Virus record (IMG/VR): IMGVR_UViG_3300022833_000008
Strand: one strand, 5' to 3'
DNA length: 20,000 bases
Source of the DNA: an uncultured virus (IMG/VR IMGVR_UViG_3300022833_000008)
Taxonomy: Duplodnaviria; Heunggongvirae; Uroviricota; Caudoviricetes
Every line of letters starts with the position of its first letter. The stretch's first letter is position 1. The notes under the pieces are model-generated. The model was not told the origin of the DNA and did not search any database. It saw only the letters and a program-made list of their open reading frames with translations. Shown in pieces: positions 1 through 9,244 of the stretch. Position numbers and translations under genes: made by a program.

Positions 1-392
1 ATAACGGTACAGTACTGGTTTCTGTTGTTGACGGTGAACAAATTCAAATGCAACTAACAGTAGGTTGGATGACTAACCTTTCAAGTGCAAACATCGTGGC
101 TAAGATTGTTGAAGGTAGTAACTTAGGTGATGGTGAGTTGCCCGAAGGTACCGCTACAAACCCTATTGTAAAAACTTTGGTGATTTTAGATCAAGATGCA
201 ACAGACAACGTATTCAAGATTGTTATCCCAGAAGATTTGACTTCAACTTGGTCTCAAAAGGCAACACCTAATAAACCTGTTTACGGATTTATTGGGCTTG
301 AGATTGATGACGGTGGGATTGGTTCTGCAAAACAAATCTGGAAGCCCTTGCGTGGGCTTGTAGAAGTCTTGTATAGCCCTTCGGAGGCTTAA
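1..392 (+). CDS. Phage virion/tail-associated protein, 5'-truncated by the window edge
   Basis: The frame of ORF 48..392 is open back to position 3 (NGTVLVSVVDGEQIQM...), so the real start is probably upstream. Beta-rich sequence in a fibre-cluster context; function inferred only. Confidence 0.6.
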   Translation, partial: NGTVLVSVVDGEQIQMQLTVGWMTNLSSANIVAKIVEGSNLGDGELPEGTATNPIVKTLVILDQDATDNVFKIVIPEDLTSTWSQKATPNKPVYGFIGLEIDDGGIGSAKQIWKPLRGLVEVLYSPSEA

Positions 393-396
393 TAAC

Positions 397-867
397 ATGA
401 CTACTAAGTACAGTTTAATCCTCTCTCCAAACGAGTACAGTTTAGAAATTAATGAAAATCAGGTATCTCTCTCTCTTAGTAGAGTAGGTGGACAAGGCTC
501 TCAAGGGCCGCTAGGTTCTTCTATCGACAATGCTTATGTAAACTCAAGTAATGAACTTCTTCTTGTAATCAAAGATCACTTAGGAGGAGAGACTTTATTC
601 AACGCAGGTGATGTTTCTACTAACTCGACCTCTTTAACCAACATTCAGATTACTTCTGTGCAAGATGGTGACATGCTGTATTATAACGCAGCTACAACCA
701 ACTGGGAAAATAAAGCTCATACTCTTACTACTGCTAGCGTCTCTGATATTGACAGTACTAACAAAGCGGACGGGGCTGTTCTCTTGTATGATGGTTCTTC
801 TTCTAAGTACAAGGCCACTACACAAATAAATAATTCAAACTTATACTTAATCGGAGGGTCATACTAA
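397..867 (+). CDS. Tail-fibre-associated/adaptor protein
   Basis: 156 aa, S/T/N-rich. Has fibre-type repeats (DGDMLYYNAATTNWEN, DGAVLLYDGSSSKYK), a short Gly-X-Y stretch (GGQGSQGPLG) and a GGSY C-terminus. TAATG overlap with the next gene. Confidence 0.65.
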   Translation: MTTKYSLILSPNEYSLEINENQVSLSLSRVGGQGSQGPLGSSIDNAYVNSSNELLLVIKDHLGGETLFNAGDVSTNSTSLTNIQITSVQDGDMLYYNAATTNWENKAHTLTTASVSDIDSTNKADGAVLLYDGSSSKYKATTQINNSNLYLIGGSY

Positions 868-1895
868 TGGCTACTAAAATTATTCTAAAAAAATCCGTCA
901 CTAGTGGCTCTGCTCCTGTAGCTGGTGACATTGATGTCGGCGAACTCGCTATTAACCTTGCAGACCGAAAGATTTATGCTAAAGATAATAGCGGTGCTAT
1001 TGTACTCTTAGGCGGTGCTTATGTAGACTCTAGCGCCCCTGCTAACCCCGCCGAAGGTGACTTGTGGTACGACACTACAAACAACCTTTTAAAGGCTCAC
1101 AACGGCTCTGGCTTTATTGCTGCTGGTTACTCAACACTAGCTGCCTTAGAAGATGTAACTATTACCTCTGTTTCTAATGGCGATTTCTTGCGTCATAACG
1201 GTACAGCTTGGGTAGACTCTACTATTCAAAACAGTGATGTTTCTGAAGCTATGATTACACAGCATGAAGACGCTATTACAATTGTAGCTTCTCAAGTAAG
1301 TGACTTCGATACTGAAGTTGCAAACAACTCTGCTGTAACAGCTAACACTGCCAAGAATACTAACGTATCGACTAACCTCGGTTACAACTCTGCTTCTAAT
1401 AATGGTGTCGTTACTTCTTCTGATGGTACTAACGCCACTATTCCAGCTGCAACTACTTCTGCAGCAGGTCTTCAGACAGCAGCTGACAAGACTAAGCTAA
1501 ATAATATTGAGACTGCTGCCGATGTAACAGATACAGTAAATGTTACTGCTGCTGGCGCTCTTATGGATAGTGAACTTACAAGTATTGGCTCTGTAAAAGA
1601 AATTGATCAAGGTCTAACAACGACCTCTAACGTCAATTTTAATAACATGATCCTTGCTGGCAACTTGACTGTAAATGGTACTACTACTTCTGTCAACTCT
1701 AACGAAGTAAACATTGGTGACTCTATCATCGTGCTTAATTCTGATGAAACTGGAACACCTTCTGAGAATAGTGGTTTTGAAGTTGAACGTGGCACTTCCA
1801 CTAACGTATCTTTTGTTTGGAACGAGACAGACGATGCTTGGGATCTCTCTGATGAGACCTTGCAAAACGTAATCCTTGATGGTGGTACTTACTAA
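867..1895 (+). CDS. Tail fibre protein
   Basis: 342 aa with an N-terminal KKS...AP...GELAINLADRKIY fibre module and the motifs PANPAEGDLWYDT, GDFLRHNGTAWV, AGLQTAADKTKL, GNLTVNGTTT and SGFEVERG. Ends in LDGGTY. Confidence 0.8.
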   Translation: MATKIILKKSVTSGSAPVAGDIDVGELAINLADRKIYAKDNSGAIVLLGGAYVDSSAPANPAEGDLWYDTTNNLLKAHNGSGFIAAGYSTLAALEDVTITSVSNGDFLRHNGTAWVDSTIQNSDVSEAMITQHEDAITIVASQVSDFDTEVANNSAVTANTAKNTNVSTNLGYNSASNNGVVTSSDGTNATIPAATTSAAGLQTAADKTKLNNIETAADVTDTVNVTAAGALMDSELTSIGSVKEIDQGLTTTSNVNFNNMILAGNLTVNGTTTSVNSNEVNIGDSIIVLNSDETGTPSENSGFEVERGTSTNVSFVWNETDDAWDLSDETLQNVILDGGTY

Positions 1896-1900
1896 CTCTA

Positions 1901-1915
1901 CAAGGCCCGTACAAT
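1901..1915 (+). promoter_or_regulatory. 15-bp intergenic motif CAAGGCCCGTACAAT, copy 1 (candidate phage promoter)
   Basis: Identical to 17944-17958; both copies are intergenic, just after a stop codon and upstream of hairpins. Confidence 0.5.
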
Positions 1916-1923
1916 AAAACTCT

Positions 1924-1949
1924 AGGGGGTGGCTCTATAGTCACCTCCT
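1924..1949 (+). other. 11-bp stem-loop (AGGGGGTGGCT-CTAT-AGTCACCTCCT); attenuator, processing or stabilising hairpin
   Basis: Inverted repeat with two G-U pairs; no good U-tract follows. Confidence 0.5.
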
Positions 1950-1976
1950 TCCTCACAAACAAAGGAAAACAGCCCA

Positions 1977-3182
1977 ATGGCAACTAGTTTAATTCATAAA
2001 AAATCTTCTACTGCAGGGTCTGCTCCAACAGCGACAGACTTACAGCCCGGAGAATTGGCCCTAAACCTCTCTGATAAGAAGATTTATTCAAAAGACACTT
2101 CTGGAAACATTATTGAATTTTCAGGAGAAGCCGCTGGGGTTCTACTCTATGCAGAGAAACCAGTAGCGCAAACAACACCTAGCGCTACAGGAAACAACTC
2201 CCTAGCGTTTGGTAGTTCTTCAGTATCTTCAGGAGTTAGCTCTGTTTCTTTCGGAGAAGCTTTGGCCCAAGGTGACTATTCTATCGCTATTAACATACAA
2301 GACAACACAAACACCTACGGCGCACTTGGCTTTGGTTCCATTGCAATGGGTGAAAACTCAAAAGCTGATAATATAGGCGCTTTGTCTATTGGTGAAAGCT
2401 GCACAGCTTCAGGCGAAAAAGCTCTAGCTATTGGTGAAAGCTCAATTGCTGCTGGTTTTGAAGGTTTTGCACTTGGCAGTCAATCCGAGGCTTCTGGTTA
2501 TAGAGCTTTTGCCGCAGGTTTTAAGTCAATTTCTTCTGGCAGTTGGTCTTTTTCAATAGGTCCAAGAGAAGCCCTTGCTAGTGGTCATGGATCTATGGCT
2601 ATTGGTCGGTTTGCAGAAGCTACTGGTCGCCACGCTGTTTGCATTAGCAGCACAGAGTTTGGAGAAAGTGTCGCCTCTGGTGAACACTCTTTTGCTATAG
2701 GTAATAAAGCAGAAGCAAGTATTATCGGAAAGATGGTTTACTCAGGTCCAAACTTTGGATCTCTCGGAGACGCTCAAACAGGAACCCAAGTTCTATTTGC
2801 AACAACTCTTGACGGTAGTTCTACTATTAGTTATTTGACTTCAAATGGTCAAAATAAAAGTGATGATAATCAAATCTGTTTAGCTCCTGATTCTGCTCTG
2901 ACTTTTTCAGGAACAGTCATTGCAAGAGAAGATTCTTCAGATGGTAGTGAATACGCTAGCTGGGAAATCAAAGGTGTTGCCTTACGTGACACTGGACTAA
3001 ACACTATTGTTTTAGGTTATTCTACAAGCACCAAGACGTTTTCTACAACTAACGCGAGTAGTTGGGCTATATCGATATTAGCAGACACTTCTCACGGTGC
3101 CATAACTATTAGGGCAGACGGAGAGTCTTCTACAAACATACGCTGGGTTGCCAGTATACAAACAAGTGAGGTAAAGTACTAA
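1977..3182 (+). CDS. Tail fibre/adhesin with YadA-head (Hep/Hag)-like repeats
   Basis: AAGGA RBS. N-terminus is paralogous to 867..1895. About 14-residue repeats of type (S/A)xAIGxxSxAxG (SIAMGENSKA, ALSIGESCTASG, ALAIGESSIAAG, SMAIGRFAEATG, SFAIGNKAEA), followed by a beta-rich C-terminal domain. Confidence 0.8.
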   Translation: MATSLIHKKSSTAGSAPTATDLQPGELALNLSDKKIYSKDTSGNIIEFSGEAAGVLLYAEKPVAQTTPSATGNNSLAFGSSSVSSGVSSVSFGEALAQGDYSIAINIQDNTNTYGALGFGSIAMGENSKADNIGALSIGESCTASGEKALAIGESSIAAGFEGFALGSQSEASGYRAFAAGFKSISSGSWSFSIGPREALASGHGSMAIGRFAEATGRHAVCISSTEFGESVASGEHSFAIGNKAEASIIGKMVYSGPNFGSLGDAQTGTQVLFATTLDGSSTISYLTSNGQNKSDDNQICLAPDSALTFSGTVIAREDSSDGSEYASWEIKGVALRDTGLNTIVLGYSTSTKTFSTTNASSWAISILADTSHGAITIRADGESSTNIRWVASIQTSEVKY

Positions 3183-3484
3183 TGGCTATTGAAATCGATT
3201 TTAACAGTGATAAATTTGGAATTACCTTTGAAAAGGCTTACTTTATTATTGTAAACACTTCTGTAAAACGTCAACAACCCGAAGAAGGTGAGAAGTTTGT
3301 TGCGGTTATTGACATTGCAGGTTATACTGACAAGTCTTTAGTATCTGTAAAAACCCCGTTAGAATTCAAACGCTACCGTGTTAATCTGTCTACAGTCGAT
3401 AATTTTTCAGGTTCTAATTTCGTTGAACGTTGTTACAGCTGGGTTATGACACAACCTGAACTAGCTGGCGGCAAAAAAGTATAA
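3182..3484 (+). CDS. Small protein coupled to the fibre gene; putative fibre assembly chaperone
   Basis: 100 aa, TAATG overlap with the upstream fibre gene. Function inferred from position. Confidence 0.6.
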   Translation: MAIEIDFNSDKFGITFEKAYFIIVNTSVKRQQPEEGEKFVAVIDIAGYTDKSLVSVKTPLEFKRYRVNLSTVDNFSGSNFVERCYSWVMTQPELAGGKKV

Positions 3485-3521
3485 AACATTAAAGCCTAGC
3501 CAAAAAAAAAAAAGAATGAGA

Positions 3522-3758
3522 ATGGCAATTCAAGTAGCAGGTACAGAGGTTCTTAGTAACGCTCGAAGCCTAAACAACATTACAGCAGTAGACTCTACTA
3601 CCGTAATTGACGCTGGGTTCGGCGGCGGCCCTGTTGTTGCTGGTCACACCTATGAGGTTCAAGGAATTTCTCAAATTTAAGTTTCAAATACTGGACATGG
3701 TGTTCAAAATAACCTTGCCGATGAAGTTTACACTGGAGTTATTGGCTACTTGGCTTAA
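3522..3758 (+). pseudogene. Probable decayed fibre-like gene (52-aa ORF 3522-3680; frame continues to 3758 after an in-frame TAA)
   Basis: Translates MAIQVAGTEVLSNARSLNNITAVDSTTVIDAGFGGGPVVAGHTYEVQGISQI*VSNTGHGVQNNLADEVYTGVIGYLA*. An A12 run sits where an RBS is expected. Confidence 0.45.
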
Positions 3759-3819
3759 TGTCTTTAAACTACACTAACTTATCATAAAACTTAAACCTTT
3801 TCTAAGGAAAACTTAACCT

Positions 3820-4545
3820 ATGTCTAAGCAAAAACTTCGCAAGTCACGTCAAAAGCCTATTTATGAGCGTGATCAGCAGAATAATAATATGTATCAAGAT
3901 ACTAAGGTTAGCAACTTTAACGTGCTACCAAAGAACGAAAAACAAGACTTTCTTATCCACTCAATTGAAAGCTCAGTTATTACTGTTGCTATTGGTTGCG
4001 CGGGTACAGGAAAGACTTACTGTTCTGTAGGTACTGCCGCTAAGTTGTTTTTAAAAGGCGGTTACAAGAAAATTGTAATCACTCGTGCTAACGTCCCAAC
4101 AGGTAAGTCTCTCGGAAGTTTCCCCGGAAATGTAGGTGAGAAGATGACACCGTGGCTTATGCCAATGCTAGATGTCTTGAAAAAGGCTTTTGGTAGCGGG
4201 AAGTACGAGTACATGCTAAACAAAGAGCAAATTGAGATTCAACCTATTGAAACAATCCGTGGACGTTCTTACGAGAATGCCTTAGTGCTTGTAGATGAGT
4301 CTCAAAACCTCGACATGGACGAGTTGAAAGCAGTTAGTACCCGTATCGGAGAAAACTCTAAACTTGTGTTCATGGGCGATCCTGCTCAATCCGATGTGCG
4401 TAATGGTCGAGACCTTCTTCAATTCGCACGTCTGTGTAACAAGCACAACTTAAAAGTCCCTGTTATTGAGTTTGAAGTAGAAGACATTGTTCGTTCAGAT
4501 ATTGTCGCAGATCTAGTTCGGATGTTTATTAAAGAAAATATTTAG
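3820..4545 (+). CDS. phoH: PhoH-family ATPase
   Basis: Walker A GCAGTGKT, ITR, LGSFPG, EKMTPW, IRGRSY, VDESQN, GDPAQSD and EDIVRS are all hallmark PhoH motifs. AAGGA RBS. Confidence 0.95.
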   Translation: MSKQKLRKSRQKPIYERDQQNNNMYQDTKVSNFNVLPKNEKQDFLIHSIESSVITVAIGCAGTGKTYCSVGTAAKLFLKGGYKKIVITRANVPTGKSLGSFPGNVGEKMTPWLMPMLDVLKKAFGSGKYEYMLNKEQIEIQPIETIRGRSYENALVLVDESQNLDMDELKAVSTRIGENSKLVFMGDPAQSDVRNGRDLLQFARLCNKHNLKVPVIEFEVEDIVRSDIVADLVRMFIKENI

Positions 4546-4560
4546 AGAGATCACAACAAA

Positions 4561-4616
4561 GAGTAACAACTTTAATTTTTAATAGGTTATTCTATTAGCT
4601 ATTAAGGTTGTTACTT
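4561..4616. other. Long imperfect palindrome between phoH and the tail-tip genes
   Basis: AGTAACAAC(4562-70)/GTTGTTACT(4607-15), TTTAAT/ATTAAG and TAATAG/CTATTA form one interrupted stem. Confidence 0.55.
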
Positions 4617-4641
4617 TAAGTTCGTAGATATAGAGGTTATT

Positions 4642-5085
4642 ATGAAGTATTACACGTATGATGAGATGTTCTTTGCTATACAACAAGCTAAAGACAAAAT
4701 TAATGATCTTACTAATAGTTGTAAAGAATACACAAGAGGTACAAACGATTGTTTCGCTTTAATTGCCGAGTACGATTTAAATCTTAGAGGTAAAACTAAA
4801 GCTAGAGACATTGTAAAGCTACCTTACAAAAATTTTAAAGACTGGTATGTTAAACTTATCAGACTAAACTACACCCCAGAATCCTATGCTGAATACTGTG
4901 GTTACGAGATTGTTAAAAACAAAAAAGCCAAACTAGGAGACATTGCTTTTGATAGCGGTGTTGCTATACACGCTGGAGATTTTTGGTTAACAACAAACGA
5001 ACAAAACAAAGGTACCGAAAACAAACGGCAAACCTTTTTCTTAGAAACAAAAATACCACTTATAGCTAGACCAGTTAGGAATTAA
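4642..5085 (+). CDS. NlpC/P60-like (papain-fold) tail-tip associated protein
   Basis: GTNDCFAL (candidate catalytic Cys), LGDIAF and a downstream His (AIHAGD). GAGG RBS; adjacent to tail-tip genes. Confidence 0.6.
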   Translation: MKYYTYDEMFFAIQQAKDKINDLTNSCKEYTRGTNDCFALIAEYDLNLRGKTKARDIVKLPYKNFKDWYVKLIRLNYTPESYAEYCGYEIVKNKKAKLGDIAFDSGVAIHAGDFWLTTNEQNKGTENKRQTFFLETKIPLIARPVRN

Positions 5086-5086
5086 A

Positions 5087-5695
5087 ATGTCTGTTTATTA
5101 TTTTGATGGTGCTCAAATACTAGCACCCTTTACTATCAATTCTAACGAGCCTATGTTTGAAGCTGAAACCGTTTCTCTTAAAATACAAAGGGCTTCTCAG
5201 AATGTTCAACGTTGGGAACTTTCTTTTGAAGTTTCAGGGGTAGATACTACTCAAGTAGACTTGCTGGTTAACTCTGTTATTAACTTAGATCAGGTTTCTA
5301 ACATGATTATGCCTCAACTACCAACAGTAGATAAAAACTACACTGTTAGTTCAGGTGACACTTTAGTAGGGGCTTCTGCTGACGCAGGCTCTAATTCTGT
5401 ATTTGGAAACACTTCTAATAAGTCAGGTGTTCTCCCAAAAGGTAGTTTTATAAAATTTTCTAACCATGACAAAATTTATTTAGTAACTTCCGAAGTTAAT
5501 TTTAATACAATTTCAAACCCCGCTATAAGTATTTTTCCTAGTTTAAGAGTTGCAGTTACTACAAGCAACTTAATAAAAACAGGTCAAGAAGTTCTTATCA
5601 CTTATAAACGTAGCATTGATAACAGTTCTGGTATTACTTTTGTAGACGGTGTTTTATCTAGTTTAGGAACTATTAACATTATTGAGGACGTATAA
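5087..5695 (+). CDS. Putative distal tail (Dit-like) protein
   Basis: 202 aa. QRWELSF, LPKGSFIKFSNHDKIYLV and IFPSLR match siphovirus Dit-like patterns; lies upstream of the hub and J-like genes. Confidence 0.65.
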   Translation: MSVYYFDGAQILAPFTINSNEPMFEAETVSLKIQRASQNVQRWELSFEVSGVDTTQVDLLVNSVINLDQVSNMIMPQLPTVDKNYTVSSGDTLVGASADAGSNSVFGNTSNKSGVLPKGSFIKFSNHDKIYLVTSEVNFNTISNPAISIFPSLRVAVTTSNLIKTGQEVLITYKRSIDNSSGITFVDGVLSSLGTINIIEDV

Positions 5696-6255
5696 TGAGA
5701 TCCTTTTCAGAAAAATTTCAAGAAATTATTGATAGTAACACTATTAAGTATATATTTTTAATCAGGTTGGGATTTAACTCAACCTATTATCTTTCATCTT
5801 ACCATAGCAATGTTATTTATGACGGTAACACTTATGTAGCAGACGGGGGTTTGTTCGAATTTGATTCTCCTAAGTTTTCTTCTGTTGTAGACAGAGAGTC
5901 CTACAAAATTGTTATTGCCGACTTAACAAATCAAATGGCTTCTGAATTTAGATATAACGTAGTAGGTAAATCTATTGAAGTAAAGGTTGCCCTAATTGAT
6001 GCTAACGGTAGTCCTTTGTTAAACAATGAAGACGTACTGAGCGTTTATAAAGGCTTTGTTGACAAACCTTCTGTTGAAACAGATTTCGAAGGTAAATTTG
6101 CTACTCTGGAAGGGACTTCGCCTATGTCTGATTTAGATATGGTAAGATCGTTTATTACGTCTAAAGCCGGTATGGATCAGAAAAGTAGCACAGACACTTC
6201 TTTTGATGAAATATTTAAAAACAATGAAATTTCAATTAAGTGGGGTAAAATATAA
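5695..6255 (+). CDS. Putative baseplate hub / minor tail protein
   Basis: 186 aa with YDGNTY, VYKGFVD, D.SFD and a C-terminal IKWGK, typical of hub proteins preceding J. TAATG coupling on both sides. Confidence 0.65.
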   Translation: MRSFSEKFQEIIDSNTIKYIFLIRLGFNSTYYLSSYHSNVIYDGNTYVADGGLFEFDSPKFSSVVDRESYKIVIADLTNQMASEFRYNVVGKSIEVKVALIDANGSPLLNNEDVLSVYKGFVDKPSVETDFEGKFATLEGTSPMSDLDMVRSFITSKAGMDQKSSTDTSFDEIFKNNEISIKWGKI

Positions 6256-8840
6256 TGCCGGACCAGTTACTATTACAATTATTTATTTTTGCAGCTTCTA
6301 CTGCATACCAAATATCTCAACAAAACAAAATGAAAAGACAAGCCGATAAGCGTAAAGGTTTTAACATAACTGTTTCTGGAACAGCGGAACACTTACCTAT
6401 TGTTTATGGTAAAAACATGTTAGGTGGGATAGAAGTAAAACATAGCGTAACAGATAGTTTTTCTTCCGCTACAAGTACTTCCTCTAAAGATTTTTTAAAA
6501 GGCTTTACAAACACAAACAAGAGCGGTTCTAAAAATGAATTCTTGCACGTACAGTACGCACTGTGCCAGCAAGGTATTGAAGGTGTTCAGTGGGTTAAGG
6601 TTAACGGACAACACTACAACTCAAATCAAGAAAAGTTTAAACACTTCATTAGAACTTTCAACAATGGAGGTAGTGCAGATCCCGTTGCTACAACTAACGG
6701 CATCCCGTCAACTAACACTTTTACTAAAACTGCCTTTGCTTCTTCAACTTTCAGTCTTGATCGTGATGAGTACAACTACAACGGAATTCCTCAACTAGAG
6801 TTCCTTGTGAAAGGCCGCAAAGTTCGGTGGGTTAAAAAGATTTCAGGCGTTTATAGCTTAAGCGCCGAGTATGTGTATTCTAATAACCCTGCACTGTGTC
6901 TTTTAGACTATCTAACAAGCGATGACTTTGGGAGAGGTCTCGATACAAATCAAGTTGACCTAGAATCTTTTTATAATGCCGCAGACGTTTGTGACACTAT
7001 CGTCGCAACTTCTCGCACTATTGGGGGCAAGGTCAACGGACAAAAAACAGTAACCACGGTAGCCAACAATAACTCTCGACCCACAAATCTTGAAAAACAC
7101 ACCTATGAGAATGAGGTTTGGTTTACAACAGATAGCGGAAAATACTGGTACTGGAATAAAACAGTCTGGGTTGAGACTACTTTAACATCAACTCGTCCAA
7201 TACCTTTGTATGAATGTAACATAACACTTGACACAGAAGATAACATTCGCAACAACATTGAACGTATCTTGTCTACAATGGGTATGGCAGAAATGACGTG
7301 GTCTTCTGAAGGTAAGTATAAGCTACTCGTTGAGTACCCGACTACCCTAGAACAACAGAATAGCCTTGTAGATGCTAGTAACTATTTTACAGATGATGAT
7401 GTTATCCGCGATGCTATTAGTATCTCTTGGCCTTCCGCTTCAGACCGACTAAACCAAGCAACAGTTAGCTTCTTGAACGAGCATGAAGACTTTAAAGAAG
7501 ACTCTATGACTTGGCCTACGTCCTTCTCTACAGTTCATAACACATACCTCACAGAAGACAACAACCAACCTTTCCAAGCGGACTTTTCTGCAGATGGAGT
7601 GACAGACCCTTACCACGCACTAGCAATGGCAGAGCAAGCTGTTCGTATGGCCAGAACTATGTTTACTATTTCCTTGACAGTATCTAAGAAAGGCTTAAAT
7701 CTAGAACCTGGTGATTTTATTAACCTCACTTCAAATTCGTTAGCAATCACTGAAGAAGTGTTTCGTGTACAGTCTATTGAAGTTATGACGGACTTCACAG
7801 TAAAGTTAACTTGCTACAAGTTTGAATACCAGAATCTTGCATGGAATGTGGATGACGATATTGCTTACATTGAAGCTCCTGTGTTTGACTTCACGGTAGA
7901 ACCCCCGACTGCTTTTAATTACACACAAGGGGCAACAACAACAATTGGCACTTCTTCTGGTAAGCTTTCTTGGGTTCTTGCTAATGATATCGTTGCAACT
8001 GAATATCTTTTAGAGATCTCAGGAGACAACGGTAATACATGGGAAAACCTCGGAGTAACCCGTGCAAATGTCTTTGATGTTGGTGGGTTAGTTACTGGTG
8101 TTTATGATTTTAGTATAAGATCTCGATCCCCTGCAGGTACTCTTTCTACAAGAGTAACGGTAGAGAATGTTACAATCCAGTTGCTAACTTTAGGCAAAGT
8201 TGCGGTTATCTATGCAAACACTGAAAATGCCGTAACAAACAACCAGAGCTACAACCTTGGTTCTAACACATATGTTGCCTATTACTCTTATACAGGCGAC
8301 TTACCTACGCTACCGATTCGTTCTAGTATTGAGTTTGCGTTGTTTGTCGGAGAAAACGGCGAGGCTGGTGAAGACGGTGAAGACGGTGAAGACGGCTCCG
8401 CAGGTCCGCGTGGTGCAGGTTGGTGGCGTTATGAAACAGGAACCTCGGATACAACTGTAGGTCTTTCTAACTCAACACTAGATTCTTTCTTTTCTACGGC
8501 AACGGGTCTATCGATTGTTTCAGGCGACAGGCTCATTGTTGTTAACACTGCTGACCTCGCTACAGGTTACTTGCGAAACAACGCCAACACATCTTGGGTT
8601 GAGCAAGCTGAGTTTATCGATGGAAATTTGCTCGTATCAGGAACAGTTACAACAAGCGCTTTAGATGCAGGGGCTGTTACAGCAGATAAAATTAATGTTA
8701 CTAGTCTCAGCGCAGTTTCTGCCACACTTGGTACATTTCAAAGTGCAGTTTCAGGAGAAAGACTTGTAATTGAAGATGGTGTCATATCTGTGTATGACTC
8801 TTCAAATGTAATTAGAGTAAAGATAGGGAATTTGTCATAA
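6255..8840 (+). CDS. Tail tip attachment / central fibre protein (lambda J-like)
   Basis: 861 aa with LPIVYG, VKGRKV, YSNNPALCLLDYL...GRG and LEPGDFI. Also an FN3-like segment (LSW...YDFSIRS), a Gly-X-Y stub and a C-terminal VTADKI...LSAVSATLG...RVKIGNL. Confidence 0.88.
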   Translation: MPDQLLLQLFIFAASTAYQISQQNKMKRQADKRKGFNITVSGTAEHLPIVYGKNMLGGIEVKHSVTDSFSSATSTSSKDFLKGFTNTNKSGSKNEFLHVQYALCQQGIEGVQWVKVNGQHYNSNQEKFKHFIRTFNNGGSADPVATTNGIPSTNTFTKTAFASSTFSLDRDEYNYNGIPQLEFLVKGRKVRWVKKISGVYSLSAEYVYSNNPALCLLDYLTSDDFGRGLDTNQVDLESFYNAADVCDTIVATSRTIGGKVNGQKTVTTVANNNSRPTNLEKHTYENEVWFTTDSGKYWYWNKTVWVETTLTSTRPIPLYECNITLDTEDNIRNNIERILSTMGMAEMTWSSEGKYKLLVEYPTTLEQQNSLVDASNYFTDDDVIRDAISISWPSASDRLNQATVSFLNEHEDFKEDSMTWPTSFSTVHNTYLTEDNNQPFQADFSADGVTDPYHALAMAEQAVRMARTMFTISLTVSKKGLNLEPGDFINLTSNSLAITEEVFRVQSIEVMTDFTVKLTCYKFEYQNLAWNVDDDIAYIEAPVFDFTVEPPTAFNYTQGATTTIGTSSGKLSWVLANDIVATEYLLEISGDNGNTWENLGVTRANVFDVGGLVTGVYDFSIRSRSPAGTLSTRVTVENVTIQLLTLGKVAVIYANTENAVTNNQSYNLGSNTYVAYYSYTGDLPTLPIRSSIEFALFVGENGEAGEDGEDGEDGSAGPRGAGWWRYETGTSDTTVGLSNSTLDSFFSTATGLSIVSGDRLIVVNTADLATGYLRNNANTSWVEQAEFIDGNLLVSGTVTTSALDAGAVTADKINVTSLSAVSATLGTFQSAVSGERLVIEDGVISVYDSSNVIRVKIGNLS
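8367..8393 (+). repeat. 9-bp tandem repeat GGTGAAGAC x3 (collagen-like GED repeat)
   Basis: Seen directly; lies within GENGEAGEDGEDGEDGSAGPRG. Confidence 0.9.
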
Positions 8841-9244
8841 TGGGTTATGGTTTTGAAAGTTATAAAACAGACGGTTCATCTCTAATTAGCTCGACGGATG
8901 GGGTGGCAAGATTGATATACGCCAGTGATCGTGCAGAATCTTTCAATGGTAATATCAGTGTTCCAGACTTTGACATTAATTTAGGTTACTTTGCTGCCAA
9001 AGTTTATCCGCACTTAAATTCATATTTTATGGGCAGATTTACGAGCCAGCCAAAATCAGAAGCATCTTCATGGAGTAGTGTTTCATACATGAAAGCTTAT
9101 CAGCAACAAAACAGATCTCCCTCGTTGTCGTGGAATAACTCTACAAAAGTGTTGAGCGTAACATCAAATAACAGTTCCGAAAACAACAACAACAGAGTTA
9201 ATTATAGATACAGGTATAGAATAATAATGGTGCATTACAAATGA
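8840..9244 (+). CDS. Small tail-tip protein downstream of J
   Basis: 134 aa starting MGYGF..Y..DG, a start typical of small proteins after siphovirus central fibres. TAATG overlap. Confidence 0.6.
   Translation: MGYGFESYKTDGSSLISSTDGVARLIYASDRAESFNGNISVPDFDINLGYFAAKVYPHLNSYFMGRFTSQPKSEASSWSSVSYMKAYQQQNRSPSLSWNNSTKVLSVTSNNSSENNNNRVNYRYRYRIIMVHYK

Noticed and set aside
867..3758. Diversity-generating retroelement or invertible fibre cassette
   Set aside because: No reverse transcriptase or invertase, no TR/VR pair differing at adenines, and all fibre genes are co-oriented.
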